From the NCBI GenBank assembly GCA_002104905.1, contig MCFE01000278.1:1-64000 (forward strand): 64,000 bases of DNA, in the 5' to 3' direction. Below are positions 21,708-35,630 of the stretch, piece by piece. A program made the translations under genes and the position numbers. The notes beneath the pieces are model-generated. The model saw only the letters and a list, made by a program, of their open reading frames with translations. It had not been told where the DNA came from and made no database searches. Within the stretch, counting starts at the first letter, position 1, and every line of letters starts with the position of its first letter. Source of the DNA: Basidiobolus meristosporus CBS 931.73 (taxonomy: Eukaryota; Fungi; Basidiobolomycota).

Positions 21708-24700
21708 CCCTGTGAAAAATAATTTGGTCCTGCAGGTGGATATAATCCAGATGAGGCATCAGGATCCTATTTAGAAACCATCATGATACCAGCAGCTAGG
21801 AATTAGCAGCCCTCCTTAAGCTCTTATGATGGCATCACAATGGTGTTTTGCTGACTTTACTGCCAAATCAAGTTATAAAGCTTGACAAGATTTGATTGGT
21901 GCTGTGACAATAGTTATATGGCATTGTTACAGACTTATTGCACTCAACAACTATTCTTAATGGATCCAACTGGCCAGGACGTCCATTTGCCTTATATGGC
22001 AAGAACCTTGACAGTATTTCAACAACCTCACAGTAAGACTCTAATGGCAATATAAAGCAGTATGGCAGCCTACTGCTAGTTCTGTATAATGTTACTGTGT
22101 CAGTTTACCAAATGTTATTTTCTTTTTCTACCTCCCCTTGTGCAATTCAGGTATTCCACTGTAGAATCACCCCTCTTTATTTGCTTACCCACTACAACCT
22201 TAGGTGTTCCACATATAGCTTGAATCAAAAAAACTATGGCCCCCTGCTTACTAACCTCTACAAATGCACACACCTGCCACAATTGAAATGCTTCTATCAC
22301 CTCAACTTCACAGCTTTTTAGTGTGATACTTGCAAAGCTGCCATATACCCTGTACTGCTGGTAACATATACATCTAGCAATCATATGCTTGGTTGTTGCC
22401 ACTTCTGCCATGAGGACCTCCTGAATATCTACAAAGAACTTCCTGGTATTTAGCCAATATATTTTCTTCTCCCTTCTGGATTCTAGTCCCCCTTATAGGT
22501 GTGTTGTGGCTCTTCTTTGTGTGAATTCCCTATTGAAAGATATAGAAATTGGCTTGTGACCAAGAGAAGTCCGGCATACCTTACTAAGCTTTCCTAATAA
22601 AAGTTAGTTGCATGTTGCACCCAACCCAACTTTGCATAACTTAACTGATTACCCATGCATTGGGGCTACTTAGCTTCTTAATACCATAGGCATTGATGTT
22701 TCCATGTGCACATCTGTCCTCAGTGTTTTCCAACCCTTCCTGGCTGTCCTCCATCTGCCAACTCATTACATCCATCATGGACTTAAGGTAATATTCTTGA
22801 TGAGATTGGGATATGGTAGTACCTGCAACTTGACTTGTCTTCCTATCTCCCCACACATCTGCTCCATAGAAAACTCCCAAAAGGTGAAGCAAGGTCCAAT
22901 ATTCTCCACACACTGTGCAAGATGGAGTGGAGAATGGATACAGTAGCGGCCATGATCTATGTGTTCAGCTTTATGTTTGTAGTATAGCCACTCAAATCCC
23001 ATCACACACTCTTTGCACAACAGCTGTATATGTGTCAAGTTGGCAATGATGATCCACTTCTGCATAAATACTCCTACAATGTCCACATATGACTCCCAAT
23101 GCTTCCAGTGTACTCTTAGTAGGAATGGCTTCAGAACACCTCTTGAATAAATACACATTCAGTTCATCCAGTCTTTGCATCTGTATTGAGGCATATGAGT
23201 ATAAATACTGATTGGAGCCCATGAGAAGTAATTAGGGAAGCAGATACTCTGTAATATCTTGCCAATTCTTTAAAATTTCTCCAGTATCTCAAAGGGCCCA
23301 TTTAGCTTGCAATGCCCCATGTACAACGTGGTCATCAGTATAGGGATATTGCTGAAAAGCAAATGCATTACTCCCAATAGAAAGCTCTAGCTCCAACTGA
23401 TACCCTCTATCTTAAGTATCCTTGGTTTCCAACTGGTTCCAAACTCTGGCTGATGGCTTACAGTTTGCCAAGTTTGCCACAATTGCATGCTGACTTCTGT
23501 ATGTTCTCTCTGTGGGAAGATGATATTCTTTGTGTTGGTGTTGGGGTAATAATAATAATGGGTGCAAGTTATGGAGTAAATCCCCTGGATCTCACTTATT
23601 TGACAGCAATACCATCCATTGTGCCCAGAGAAGCCTACTATCTTGCTGATGGTTGGGGTATTTCCAATGCAGAGCATAATATGCACATTCTCATGACTAT
23701 CATTTACTGTTATCCTGCTGGGAAGCATAGAAAATTCACCCAGTAATAGTATACAGGTAGCTATCCAGGTTGGACAGTGATTTAGGCCCAGATACCAGCA
23801 AAACTACCATCAGATTATTGCTCTGATACTGTATGATGGGCAGCATATTCATATTTATCAGAATCAGTGACCAGCTGGATTTACTTGGAAAGTACTTATT
23901 TAATGAGAATCCATCAAGTGCCATGGCAAAGGCATGGTCATACATACCTTCAAAGTAGCCCTTGCTTTGTAGTAGTATATGATCTTTGCCATCAAATATA
24001 TTGGATATGATTGTGCTTGATTGATACTGAGTCCAGTACTCTATAGCATTGCAATATTTGTTGGACTGCATTAGTTTCTTTAGACACGGTAAAACCAGAA
24101 TATATCTGGAGTGTGAGCAATGTTTTCCTTCAATAGTTGTGGATTCCTGACAATATAGACACATTGTAATGGTAGCATTTTTGGATATGAATGCCATGCA
24201 ACTGTTAATACATGCTGGAATTAGGACAGTTTCTGGATCATATGTTACCAGCGGCATGATGCTTGTCCACCTGTACCTTGTAAAAGGTAAGTTGCATCCT
24301 GGAATAAGTTTGACAAGAAGTAGCAATAAATCATCAAAGCACGCATTACTGCTATTGGTGGAAACACATCACTACTCTAGCCACAATATTACATCATTCA
24401 CTAGTAGATGGATCACTGGGCTCACTTGGCTCCACAAAGTATTCTTGGTATCTTTTCAACAGGTGTTGTCTCATTGCATATAAGGATCTGAATGGGCTCA
24501 TATATGGTACTGTTGTTCAGGGAGATAGGCTCACAATCCATCAGTGAACCTTCTTTGTCAGGGCTATTGCTCTGCATGCCATATTCACAGGGCTAAGGTG
24601 AGCCTAAAGGCATCACAAACTCACCTGACTCAGCTTTCTCAAGGTGACAAGATTGCCAGGTGCCAATATAAAAGCTTCAACTGGCTGGCAAGAGAATGTT

Positions 24701-26863
24701 GGAACTGTAGTGACTGATGATTGGTCAAATATGATTTGTGTGGCAAAACACTGGACATGGTCCTTGTAATAATTCCTACGCTGACTGCATGCTTCATGGC
24801 TGTGAAATTGCTACAATAGCCACATGGTCTCTTTTCTCTTCTCTTATGGCGCAGAATTGAAGTAGTCTTGTCCATGGGGCAAACAATTTGACACTCAGCA
24901 ATGTAATGCCATTATATTACTTTTTGGTCAATAATCATCTGAGTTTAAGACAGTATTGCATTTGAGACATTGCACCTACATGAATGTAAGATTCAATGCT
25001 GACCCACCCTAGTAAGCATTATAAGCAAAGTTGTAGCTCCATAGACACAGGTATTTGTAACACTATTTCACCTTTGGTTTAACTTACTTACATATATATG
25101 CCAGCAAAAAATAAAGCAAAGTTGCCTAGTTCCCAACTAAACCCCACTGCTGATGGCAGCAGAAGAATGGTTGGACAACAGCTTGCTTTGACATTCAGTG
25201 CAACAAGCAGGACTACATCCCAAAAAGACCATGTTAACAGTGTGCCCACTTCAGGTTATAATGTGGACTGCTTAGGCTCTCAGTCAAGTAGGCAATTGAG
25301 AACCTCTGTGGGGCCATAAGCTGCCTGCATAGATGCAATGGCCCGGAGAAATCAGGAAATAGTCCAGAAACAGGCTTAGTGGAGAATACATGTAGAGCAA
25401 TCAATATACCAGGTAGAACAAGCAGTATCTTTGCTGCAAATAAAGAAATCAAGTAGCTCAATGTCACAGCCATGAATTGAGCCATTTCCCAATGTAACAG
25501 CAGAGGAACACCATACAGTCTTTGAAGCACAACAACAGTGCCTAAAGAAAAAGTCCACAGAAGAATCTATCATGGCATGGGAGGGAGGTAATGTGGTGCT
25601 CATACCTATGCCTAAAAATCAAAGGACATTGAAGATCTGTGAAGCCATTGGGTGCAATAATAAAGAATGGGCTAATATTCAAGGGGCCATCAGATGTATA
25701 ACATGCCATCATTTTAAGGCTGGCACACCATGGGACCATCAGGAACTCAAGGCCAAGCAGAATGCACTTGACTTGTATGATGAGCATTATCCAGGATTCA
25801 AATAGGCAAACAGATTTTGGGCCAGCATTGGTATGCTAAGAAAGTATCTCAGCAATACCAGAAACTATCAAAGGCAGAAGTACAAGGGTGCCATGGCAAA
25901 AACTAGCAGCTTCCTCAAGAGTCTGTTACAAGCAGGGCCAAAAGCTCTGGACAAGTGTCAAAGAGACATCAGGTAGCTGAAAGAGTGCCAATTTGGGACA
26001 AGCAGGCTGACACAGATGCACCAGCACCACATTCATCTAGGAAAGAGTGTAATATCACTCTAGAAGCTCTCAGTCAAAGTAGCAGTGAAGGGCCTTTCAC
26101 TGATAAAAACCAGCAGCTTTTACAGGAGCCTGTCACAACTACCATTGAGGGCCCAAAACAAGCAGAAAAAAATGTCAGGTTGCCAGGAGAGTGCCAGCAA
26201 GGGACAAGCAAGCCAAAACCGATGCGTCAGAGCAGAATTTAAAAAGGAGAAAATGTAGTTCATCACAAGAAGTACTCAGACAAAGTAGCAGCAAAAGACC
26301 TGGCAGTGATAAAGGAAAAGGTAAAGGGAAAAATATCTACGCAAGCCTGAGACAGGGAGGCATGCAGAAAAACTGCAGTTCTTGCCAATCAATGCCACAA
26401 GCCTGAATCAGACTGAATTCTATCATAGCCAAGATGTACCACCAGCTAGAAAACAGCTGTTCTCACAAGAGTTGGAAGTGCAGCCAGTTGAGCTACACTC
26501 CAGCAACATAGAGGAGTTTGCAGAAAAAGGCAATTTGCCTACCATAGCCTCCATGCCCTCCATTATTGACAGAGTAGAGATCTAACTGACAGACAAGGAT
26601 ACAATATCAAAAACTTGAAAGACAATCATGATGCCTTCTGTGGAATTTTGCAACATTAATAGGCAAACCCAGAGGTTGCAGCACTTCCTCAAGAGCAGTG
26701 CTCAAGAAAACACACTTGAATATTTCAAGGATTTATTGCAAAGACTGGCAGATGGGGAGCTAGACCTTGCAGTGCTGGCTGAAAACCAGGACATGTGGGA
26801 ACCAGTGGATGAACAGTGTCATAAAGCTGTTGGGTTCCTGCCAAAGTTGTGGAACCAGAGCGT
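21708..26863 (-). mobile_element. CACTA/EnSpm copy in inverted orientation (transposase on -, ORF2 on +)
   Basis: Starts CCCTGTGAAAAATAATTTGGTCC. TNP2 motifs CINSCMAF, NIFDG, ALDGF, GPKSLSNLDSYL, G.TP.ISKI.GFSGH and IHSPLHL. Truncated at right by an L-family LTR. Confidence 0.85.
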
Positions 26864-28708
26864 TGTGGTGGTGTATAGGTACAAGGGACAGATACATCCA
26901 ACACTTCTCAAGTGTTTTGTGTGCGGGGTGTTCACCTGTGTGGTGGTGTAGAGGTACTCCTGGGAGAAGCTACACAACTCAAGGTGTGTGAGGTGTCTGA
27001 TGGGTGCAATAACCTCTGGGTCTAAACTGCTGGTGTCTTTGTCAGTATGTCTCTATGGTAAAAGCTCCTGCTTCTCTAGCTTCCTAGGTGCTCCAAGTGT
27101 CTCCAAAGGCCTCTGTGTGTCTTGTGCACTACCTAGAAAAGCTCCTTGATGGCAGGTCTGAGATGTACTGTTGAAGGCAGGTGCAGTGATCAACTGCTGA
27201 TCAATAAGGGGGAAGTGTTACTGATAGAAGGGATGATTTATTGATGAGGGATTGCTTTCCCTTAGATACTTTTCCTGATTGCCAAGTGATTACTAATGAC
27301 AAGGTTCTAGAAGATTCTAGGTATCAGTGGAATTCTTGATGACATCACTATGAGCTAAAAATATGCCAAGAATGTCCTGGAAGGTTTTAAAAGGCACCGC
27401 ACTCTCAACCAATCAGGAATCAGTAGTCTGGAACCTGTGCAACATAGAAATACCATATATGGTATTGAAATGGTAGGGATGGTAACACAGACCTAGGTCA
27501 TGTGTCACGGGTACTGACGCGGGTACTTGCCTTATATAGATACATCTACTGATTGCAAAGCTGAATAACATCTGGGATAACTAATGCTAATAACTAATCA
27601 GGGTAAACATCATATGGGGATAATACTGATAAGAGAAAATATGGATAAGTATATCATAATGACTATATGAATAAACTTGTCTGTGGGAGGTATGTTTACA
27701 CTACCGCACCGGGTGCAATAACCTCTGGCAAAAGCTTGCTAGGAATACTTGGGTTCTGTCTCTAATCTAATGTGATGGGGAAGTCAGCCACAAGCTTGTC
27801 AAGGGAAAACTCTTGAGCTACAATCCTCAACTTATTAGGCATCTTAAGAAAAGTATGTGGTGGGTTCAGCATCCTTTTAAATGACAATGTACTAAAGCTT
27901 CCAAAGTCAAAACAACTGTAAACTCCACCAGCAAGAACTTGATAAGAGTGCAGCTTTGGTCAATAGTTACAAAGATAGAAAAGTATCTTTGCCTGTACAA
28001 GAACAAACTTAGGAAAGAATCAAATACAATAAAAGATACCTACTCTGAGTATTCCTCACAAGTAGTGCCTCCAAGGTCAGTTGGCTGTCAGCATGGTTTC
28101 CTGGGAGTCTCCTGTGGTCTGGGGTTGGAGGTTCAGGTAGCAGCATGTAGCAGTGATCACACTAGTCAACAAACCGGTATATTGATAAAAAAGATGATGA
28201 TTTATTGCTGAGGGATTGCCTCCCTTATATACTTTTCTCACTGGCAAAGTGATTACTAATCATGGTGTTCCAGAAGGTTCCAGATATCAATAGACATCTT
28301 AATGACATCAGCATGACCTAAAAATGTTTTAAGTAGGTGCTGGAAGGTTCTAAGAGGCACAGCACATCCAACCAGTCAGGGATCAGTACTCTGAAACCTG
28401 TGTAACATATGGATACCATATATAGTATGGAGATGGTAGTGATAGTGATACGGGTTGATCATGTTTCACAGGTACTGGTGCAGGTACTTGCCTAATATAG
28501 AAGCACTTGCTGCTAGTAATCTTACATAAAGTGGGGGATAACTTATGCAATAAGGTAAGCAAGTATGATAGTCATTGGGCTTAAGGGATAGTACTGATCA
28601 GGTAAAACAAATGGGATAAAACTAAAATAAGTGTTGTAGAGATATAGGGAAGTAGAAAATATGGGAATGAGCACATCTGTCAGAGGGTGTTACTGTAACC
28701 CCATTACA
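26864..28708 (-). mobile_element. L-family LTR containing a nested, related LTR (26939-27708)
   Basis: The outer copy begins TGTAATGGGG on the minus strand and ends ACACCACCACA. The inner copy is TGCGGTAG...ACACCACCACA with a 4-bp TSD CCTG/CCGG. The outer flanks do not form a TSD. Confidence 0.7.
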
Positions 28709-29230
28709 ATGATGGTTGGGTAATTGTATGGCCAAATAAAGTTAAAATACACTATGGTGTTTGTACAGGGTTTGCCAAGGGTGGTATGGCATTGTTGCAG
28801 TCTTAGTGCACTCTACAATATTTTTGGTGGATCTAACCTACCACTACATCCAACTGCTGTTATGGCAAAAAACCTCACAGCATCTTGACAGCCTTGTTGC
28901 AGGCATTTAGTGGCATTAATAGAGCAGTATGGCAGCCTACAGCTAGTTCTGTATAATGCCACAATACCAATTTACCAAATGGTATTTCCTTTTTCTATCT
29001 CCCCTTATGCAGTTTTCATATACCACTGTAGATTCACCCATCTTTAATTGCTTACCTACTACTTCCTAGGGTATTCCTCATATAGTTCAAAAACACTATG
29101 ACCTCCTGCTTACTAACCTCTACAAATGGACACTCCTGCCACAATTAACATACTTCTATTAACTCAACTTTATGGCTTTTTAGTGTGATACTTGCAAAGT
29201 TGCCATATACCTTGTATTGCTGGTAACATA
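28644..29230 (+). repeat. Near-identical direct repeat of 36634-37220
   Basis: About 587 bp with 9 substitutions counted by eye; offset 7990 bp. Confidence 0.9.
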
Positions 29231-29517
29231 GTGTCTCTATGACCTTTTAGTCACAGGACTTTACCTTTGTGATGGCCTTTTGATGGGATCAATGCAACAA
29301 TTTTCATAGGGAAGTTGAATGACTATCTAGAATCTAAGTAATTTTAGCTAATAACTTAGAGTTCTTCTTAGGACAGGCAGGTGATCCATGTTCCATCTTT
29401 CCACAAATGAAGCATTTACGGATTATGGATTTGATGTTTTGCTATGTCTCTGAGGTAGTTCCTGACTTGTTTAACTGCCTGGTAATGCCTTTGCATTTAC
29501 TGGTAGAATGATAGCAC

Positions 29518-29925
29518 TGTAGTGGAGTCACAGTGACACCCACTGACAGATGTGCTCATTCCCATATTTTCTACTTCCCTATTTCTCTACTACACCTATT
29601 TTAGTTTTATCCCATTTGTCTTACTGATCAGTACTATCCCATAAGCTGGATGACTATCATACCTGCTTACCTTATTGCATAAGTTATACCTCACATTATG
29701 TAAGATTACTAGCTGTAAGTGCTTCTATATTGGGCAACTACCCACCCAGTACCCATGACACATGATGAACCTGTTTCACCAACCTACCATTTCCATACCA
29801 TATATGGTGTCCCTATGTTACACAGGTCTCAGAGTACTGATCCCTGATTGGTGGGATGTGCTGTGCCTCTTAGAACCATGTGGCAGCTACTTGGAATACT
29901 CTTAGCCCATTCCAATGTCACAATA
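29518..29925 (+). repeat. 5' fragment of an L-family LTR
   Basis: TGTAGTGGAGTCACAGTGACACCCACTGACAGATGTGCTC aligns to 4271 onward. Confidence 0.75.
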
Positions 29926-30423
29926 CATAGTGAGCATGGCTGAACATGTAGTTTTTGATGATGTAACTGAATAGTTTTACCTTAATAGCTATAAACTTTG
30001 ATACAGAGGGTTCCCTGCCAACAGGGGCATATTGACATATCTAGCTTAAAGGATAGTGCATAATGTGTGGCAAGGGTTACAGGTTAATGTTGAATTAGTG
30101 ATAAAATGCAGGATTCCAGATCTGAAAAACATGCAAAAGCTAAGGGTGCCAATGAGTACTTCCATAACAGTACTATTCTAGGGGTAACAAGCTGACTTAT
30201 ACTTGTACAACAATGCCTAATATATTATTATATGTGCATTCTGTGGGTTATTACTGACTGTACTTGGTGAGTGGGAGAGCTTGTAGGTCAAGTCAGTACC
30301 ACTTGGTTCAGAATAGCTTCCAATAGAAGGTAGCAAGGTAATAAAGACTTCTGTTTATTTCGTCCAAATCTCGTTGTTCTTCCTGGTTCAATTGGGTAGA
30401 TATATATATCACTTGGGGGGGGC

Positions 30424-33400
30424 TTAGACAATAGACAATGTGTTATAAAATAGGGGTGTGAACACCTTCCTGCTTGTGGTCTTAGTGATGATCAGTGGAT
30501 CATCATGAAACGGTTTCAGATGGGCTGGCGCTACGTTGCTGATTGTCTTATTATTCAGGGTGATGGTGTACTTTGGTCCGTGGTCCGAACTGATAACGGT
30601 GCATGGGCCAATCCATCGGGGTGTAAATCGTGGGCGGAACTTGAGGCCTGCAACGGTTTGGTTGTACCACACCTTATTGCCTGGTTTCCACTTTTGTCTC
30701 GTTAGTTTCTCATTTTTGGGTGGAGGGGGAAGGTGCTTGTCGACATTTTCGAATACTTTTATGTATAGGTGGGTGATACGGTATATCAACCTTTCTATAT
30801 AGTCGTTATGTGTTGTCAGGGGGACACCTTCCATCATCAATCCAGCTTCCTCCCGCCACTTGGGTCTTCGTACATATAGGATTTCATATGGGGAGAAACC
30901 CGTTGTTTTATTTGGTGTGGTGCGCATTGCTAGGAGTGTCAGTGGGAGCAGCTTGGCCCATGATTGGGGAAGTTCCCAGTGAAGCTTCTCCAGTATGCGG
31001 CAACACGTCTGGTTCATCCTCTCGGTTAATCCGTTAGTCTGGGGGTGATACGCGGCCGTGAAGACTTGTTTCACGCCCATCATTTTGCACAGGTGGGCCA
31101 CAGTGTTGTTCAGGAAGGAACCACCATTGTCGGACAGGAGTATCTGAGGATATCTGTGTCGGCAGATGAGGTGTTCTAGAATGAATTGGGCGGTTGTCTT
31201 CTGATCTTTATTGCGGACGGCTTGGGCTTCTACCCACTTTGAGAAATAATCGGTAGCGATTATTATGTATTGTTCTCCTTTCTTTGTTTTCATAAAGGGG
31301 CCAACAAAGTCGATCCCTACTTGGTGGAAGGGCAGGTCAACCGGTATTGGTGCGGTTGTCCCTATCTTCTGACTCCGGTTGAATCTTTCGCAAGTGGTGC
31401 ATCTTTGTAACGTATTTGTAACGTCGGTCATCATTTTTTGCCAATAAAACGTTTTTCTTAACATCTTATATGTCGTTAGGGGGTTAGCATGTCCTAATGA
31501 CATATGTCTTTCTGGTATGATTTCTTCACAGGCTGCTAGTGGGGGTACCTTGGCTCTGGACTGTCCTTGGAGGAACCATAGTCAGTTTTCTTGTACTTTG
31601 TACTGACACCATTTCCTTTGAAATTCTCTCTTCTGTTTGTTTGTAACGACGTGTTTGGGATACCTCCCTTTCTTTTTAAAGCAGATTACGTCCTCGTACT
31701 CATGACTGACACGTATTTGGCAAACGGGATAGTGACTGAGGAAGTCTGCATCCTGGTGTTTCTTGCCAGCGCGGTGAATTATTTCAAAGTCGTATTGCTG
31801 TAGTCGTAGGGCCCAACGTGCTAGTCGGCCGGTAAAGTCTTTGTTTTCATCAGCCAGACCAGTGCGCTGTGGTCCGTTACTATTGTGAATTGGCAACCAT
31901 GTATGTATGTATGGAATTGTTTAATTGAATAAACAACAGCCAGACATTCTATCTCGGTAACGGGGTAGTGGCGTTTGTGTTTGTTTAGCAAACGGCTCAC
32001 GTAACCGATCGGGTGGAATTCGCCGGGTTGGTGGTATTGTCCCAGTACGGCGCCTATACCGGTGAGGCTTCCATCACAGTTAATAAAAAATCTCGCATCC
32101 CAATTGGGAAATCGTAACACTGGCGGTGACGTCAGGGAATGTTTCAGCTGATTGAATGCTCTCTTTTGAGGCTCCGACCATACAAAACACTGGCCCTTTT
32201 GCGTCAATTTGTATAGGGGGGCTGCTATCATTGCAAAGTTTTTGACAAAGCGGCAATAGTAGCCGGCTAATCCTAGGAATCCCAACACTGCATTAATGTC
32301 CTTTGGTGCAGGTGCATTTTGAACAGCTTTCAGGAGTGACGTAGATGGGTATATTCCATCTGCCAAGATCTCGTGGCCCAGGAACAACAATTTTGTATAC
32401 AGGAAATGGCACTTCTTGGGATGTAGTTTGAGTTGGTTCTTGAGGAGGGATGCCAGGATACGTTGCACGTTGAGTATATGTTCTTCTACATCGGGGGAAT
32501 ATATCGTGATGTTGTCCAGATACACAAGGGCGCATTCCCATCGTAGATTTCCTAGCACCTTGTTGATCATCCTTTGGAACGTAGCGGGGGCATTGCACAA
32601 GCCAAAGGGTAGTCGGTTCCATTTGTATAGTCCAAACAATGTTATAAAAGCGGTTTTGGGTTGATCTTCCGGGGCTACTTCTACTTGCCAATACCCGGAG
32701 ATTAAGTCAAGAGAGCTAAAATATTTAGCTCCGATTAATCTGTCCAAGAGGTCGTCTATTTGCGGTAGTGGATACACGTCCTTCCGGGTGACGGCGTTCA
32801 ATTTCCGGTAGTCGATGCAAAAGCGTCGCTTTCCGTCTTTCTTTGGGACTATCACTACGGGGGAGGCCCACGGAGACTGGCTCTCTGTAATGATGTCGTC
32901 TTTTAATAAAGTTTCAATCGTCTCTTTGATATAGTCTGTGTCAATTTTTGAATTCCTATAGGCTTTTTGCTTGATGGGGTATCTGTCGGCAAGGTGGATT
33001 TGGTGATATACCCCAGGTATATGACCAATTACTTGGTTCTTAGAGAATACTTGGGCAAGCGGACGTATTCCTTCTAGGAATTTGTCTCGTAACGTAGGTG
33101 GTAGACCGGGGTCCACATCTAGTTTGGGGAGTTCTTCTTCTGGTTCTTTGTTTGGAGGTGGTCCTTGGTCGTTTCTGTCAACTTCCTCTAAGTTTAACAA
33201 TGGCACTCCTCTAGGCAATGTCACCGTGTGTTGCCCGTTGTTAACCACTAAGCATTTCAGGCTTTGCGTTTCAAATTTTGGTGGTATCCATACTTTAGGG
33301 ATCAAGATTCCTTCCAGTTGCTTGGATGCTTTTGCTGCGGTTATCATTCTTCCGCTTGTTGAATAAGCTATTGGTGTTTCTAATGAGATCACCGTCTCAC

Positions 33401-34061
33401 TGGCGGGTGGTATTTTTATCACCTTTCGTGTGATGATCGGAGACTGCGACGGTTTCACCTCTTCAATTGTCACACTGTTGCTAAGCCCCTTGCTCTCATC
33501 GGTGATATGAATCAGTGGGATACTCTTGGTATCCCACCTGAGTTCAGATGCACTGTAAAGTATATCCATCTTATGTTGGATAAACCAACTCTCGCCAATG
33601 AGTAAGTCGTTGGCTGCGACAGGTAGGACCACAACATCTTGGCGTATTATCAAGTTGCCTAGCCAAATGGGGCAATTAGGCACCACACCTACCGTTGTAT
33701 CCAGTGGGTCATTTGCTAGCCGTACTCAAATGGTGTCGTTGGGGACTATATTTAGTTTTAGACGTTTCGCTAATGACTCTGACATGATCAACGTAGAGGA
33801 TCCTGTGTCGATAAGGGCGAGAATCTCCTTGTTCTCTATACGTACCTTTACGTATGTACCTTTATTCAGTTTTTGCAAGACCGTCTGGTTGACATGGAGG
33901 GTTGTTATCTCCTTCAATCCCTCTATCAGTTCCTTGACTAGAGCTGGGGCCAGTCCCAGTAAATTGGTTATTGGGAGGGTTGCCTTGGTTTGCTCTAGTA
34001 CCTTCATTATGGGGAATAGGCCATGGGAAGACGTGCTAGTGTTCTTCGTTTGCTTTAACAC
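30424..34061 (-). pseudogene. pol: Pol of element G1 (PR-RT-RNaseH-IN), disrupted
   Basis: ALIDTGS protease; RT IDYRKLN, LDLISGYWQ and YLDN (catalytic YLDD mutated); RNase H INCDGS; integrase GIDFVGP, LSDNG and YHPQTNG. Frameshifts near 33700 and 31845, and an in-frame TGA at 31582. Confidence 0.92.
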
Positions 34062-34210
34062 TTCTTCCCAAGGTTCATTCCGTACTTCTTCACCTAATTC
34101 CGCGCTCTTTCCTTTTGACGGAACCTCTACTACAGGTTACTTCGCCTCCTCTCTAGAAGCATCATGTTGACGCTTCTTCTTCCGCACTTCCATTGTCCTG
34201 ACCGGAGGGC

Positions 34211-35107
34211 TTAGATTGACTGAGTCCCGTTGGCCTCCTGGCAAGGGACTCTGTCTTTTGACGCCTTCTTCTCTTTTGTGTCCGGTACGGCTTCTCTTCC
34301 GTACCGTTTTTCACATTCATGGGCCTGGTGACCTACTTCTCCACACACATAACACGGATACTGTTGTCGCGGTTGTTCCATCTGTTGGGTCAGGACTTGA
34401 ACCTGGGCCTTTAGATCTACAACAGCTTCCCAGAGTTTATCACCTTCTTTGGGGACTTCTTGGACATTGTTGATTGAGAGTTCTTGGACCTTTTGCCGTA
34501 ATTCCTCTAACTCACGGTCTTTCGGGGAGGCGATTTTTCCTTTCTTACGGGGGATCCCTGTCCGTCGATCATTTGTATCACTATAGGGTAGCCCCCATAG
34601 CAAGATGACCCCTCGTACTTGTTCAACCAACTCTTGCAACGTTTTACATCCCTGTTGTTCTTCGGACGCCCTACGTCTTATTTCGTCGTCTAAGCCCATG
34701 ATGTAATACCTCATGAGCTGTCGTTCGGCAATTTTGTCCTTTGGGAGACATCGAACTCGTTGGAGAAACAGTTCAGTGTAGGCTTCATAGCTTTCACTGC
34801 TTTTCTTCCGCGAGGACAGTAGAAGGGCTTTGTAGTGGTATCCTTCGGCATATAGAAAGCGTGTCTTGTAGGCTTCTTCTAGTACATCCCAGTTGTCTTT
34901 GACTGCGTCTTCCAACCCATAATGCCATTGCCATGCTGACCCTTCCATATGTCTTGCAAACTCTCTTACTTTCTTATTGTCGTCCCATCCTGCATCAACC
35001 GCAACTCTCTCAAACTTATCGAACCACTCAAGGGCTTTCTCTCTCTTTCCCTTGTATGTCTTTAGTTTGATTGTAGTAGTCATTACCTCACTTGTGCTTA
35101 TTTCCAC
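34211..35107 (-). CDS. gag: Gag of element G1
   Basis: Open 298-aa frame with retrotransposon gag core (WFDKFERVA..AGW, AWQWHY) and CCHC knuckle CYVCGEVGHQAHEC. First ATG is at ~35083. Confidence 0.9.
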   Translation of the reverse strand: MEISTSEVMTTTIKLKTYKGKREKALEWFDKFERVAVDAGWDDNKKVREFARHMEGSAWQWHYGLEDAVKDNWDVLEEAYKTRFLYAEGYHYKALLLSSRKKSSESYEAYTELFLQRVRCLPKDKIAERQLMRYYIMGLDDEIRRRASEEQQGCKTLQELVEQVRGVILLWGLPYSDTNDRRTGIPRKKGKIASPKDRELEELRQKVQELSINNVQEVPKEGDKLWEAVVDLKAQVQVLTQQMEQPRQQYPCYVCGEVGHQAHECEKRYGREAVPDTKEKKASKDRVPCQEANGTQSI

Positions 35108-35630
35108 AGAGACGGCACCAAATATGTGGGTTATTACTGACTGTACTTGGTGAGTGGGAGAGCTTGTAGGTCAAGTCAGTACCACTTGGTTCAGAATAGC
35201 TTCCGATAGTAGGTAGCAAGGTAATAAAGACTTCTGTTTATTTTGTCCAAATCTCATTGTTCTTCCTGGTTCAATTGGGTAGATATATATATCACTTGGG
35301 GGGGGGGGGCTTAGACAATAGACAATGTGTTATAAAATAGGGGTGTGAACACCTTCCTGTTATGGTAAGTGTTCTAACTAGATAAGGGCAGGGATAGGAG
35401 GGGAGGACGCGTGGGGGAATCATAGGGAGGGTACTGGAGGACTTTGGGTAGGACTCTGGAGGGAACTCTTGGGAGAACTCTTGGGCAAAGAGTGGGTACT
35501 ACATTGAGTACTCACACATTCCTCTTTGATAAGTTGAATTCTTAGTCCTAATTTCCTTGGAGAATCCCCCCTCTACAGCTGTGCTTATAGTTTTCTTCAG
35601 ATAAAAATGTATTTTACCAACTCATAATGG

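Larger units (their letters stand above)
30242..35516 (-). mobile_element. Young Ty3/gypsy retrotransposon (G1) with truncated 3' LTR
   Basis: 5-bp TSD CATTC (30237-30241 / 35517-35521). 5' LTR 35125-35516; 3' LTR remnant 30242-30472. PBS TGGTGCCGT (tRNA-His-like 3' end). Domain order gag, PR, RT, RH, IN. Confidence 0.95.

Noticed and set aside
35375-35490. G-rich tract with G-quadruplex potential
   Set aside because: Ordinary U3 composition of the G1 LTR; no evidence of function.
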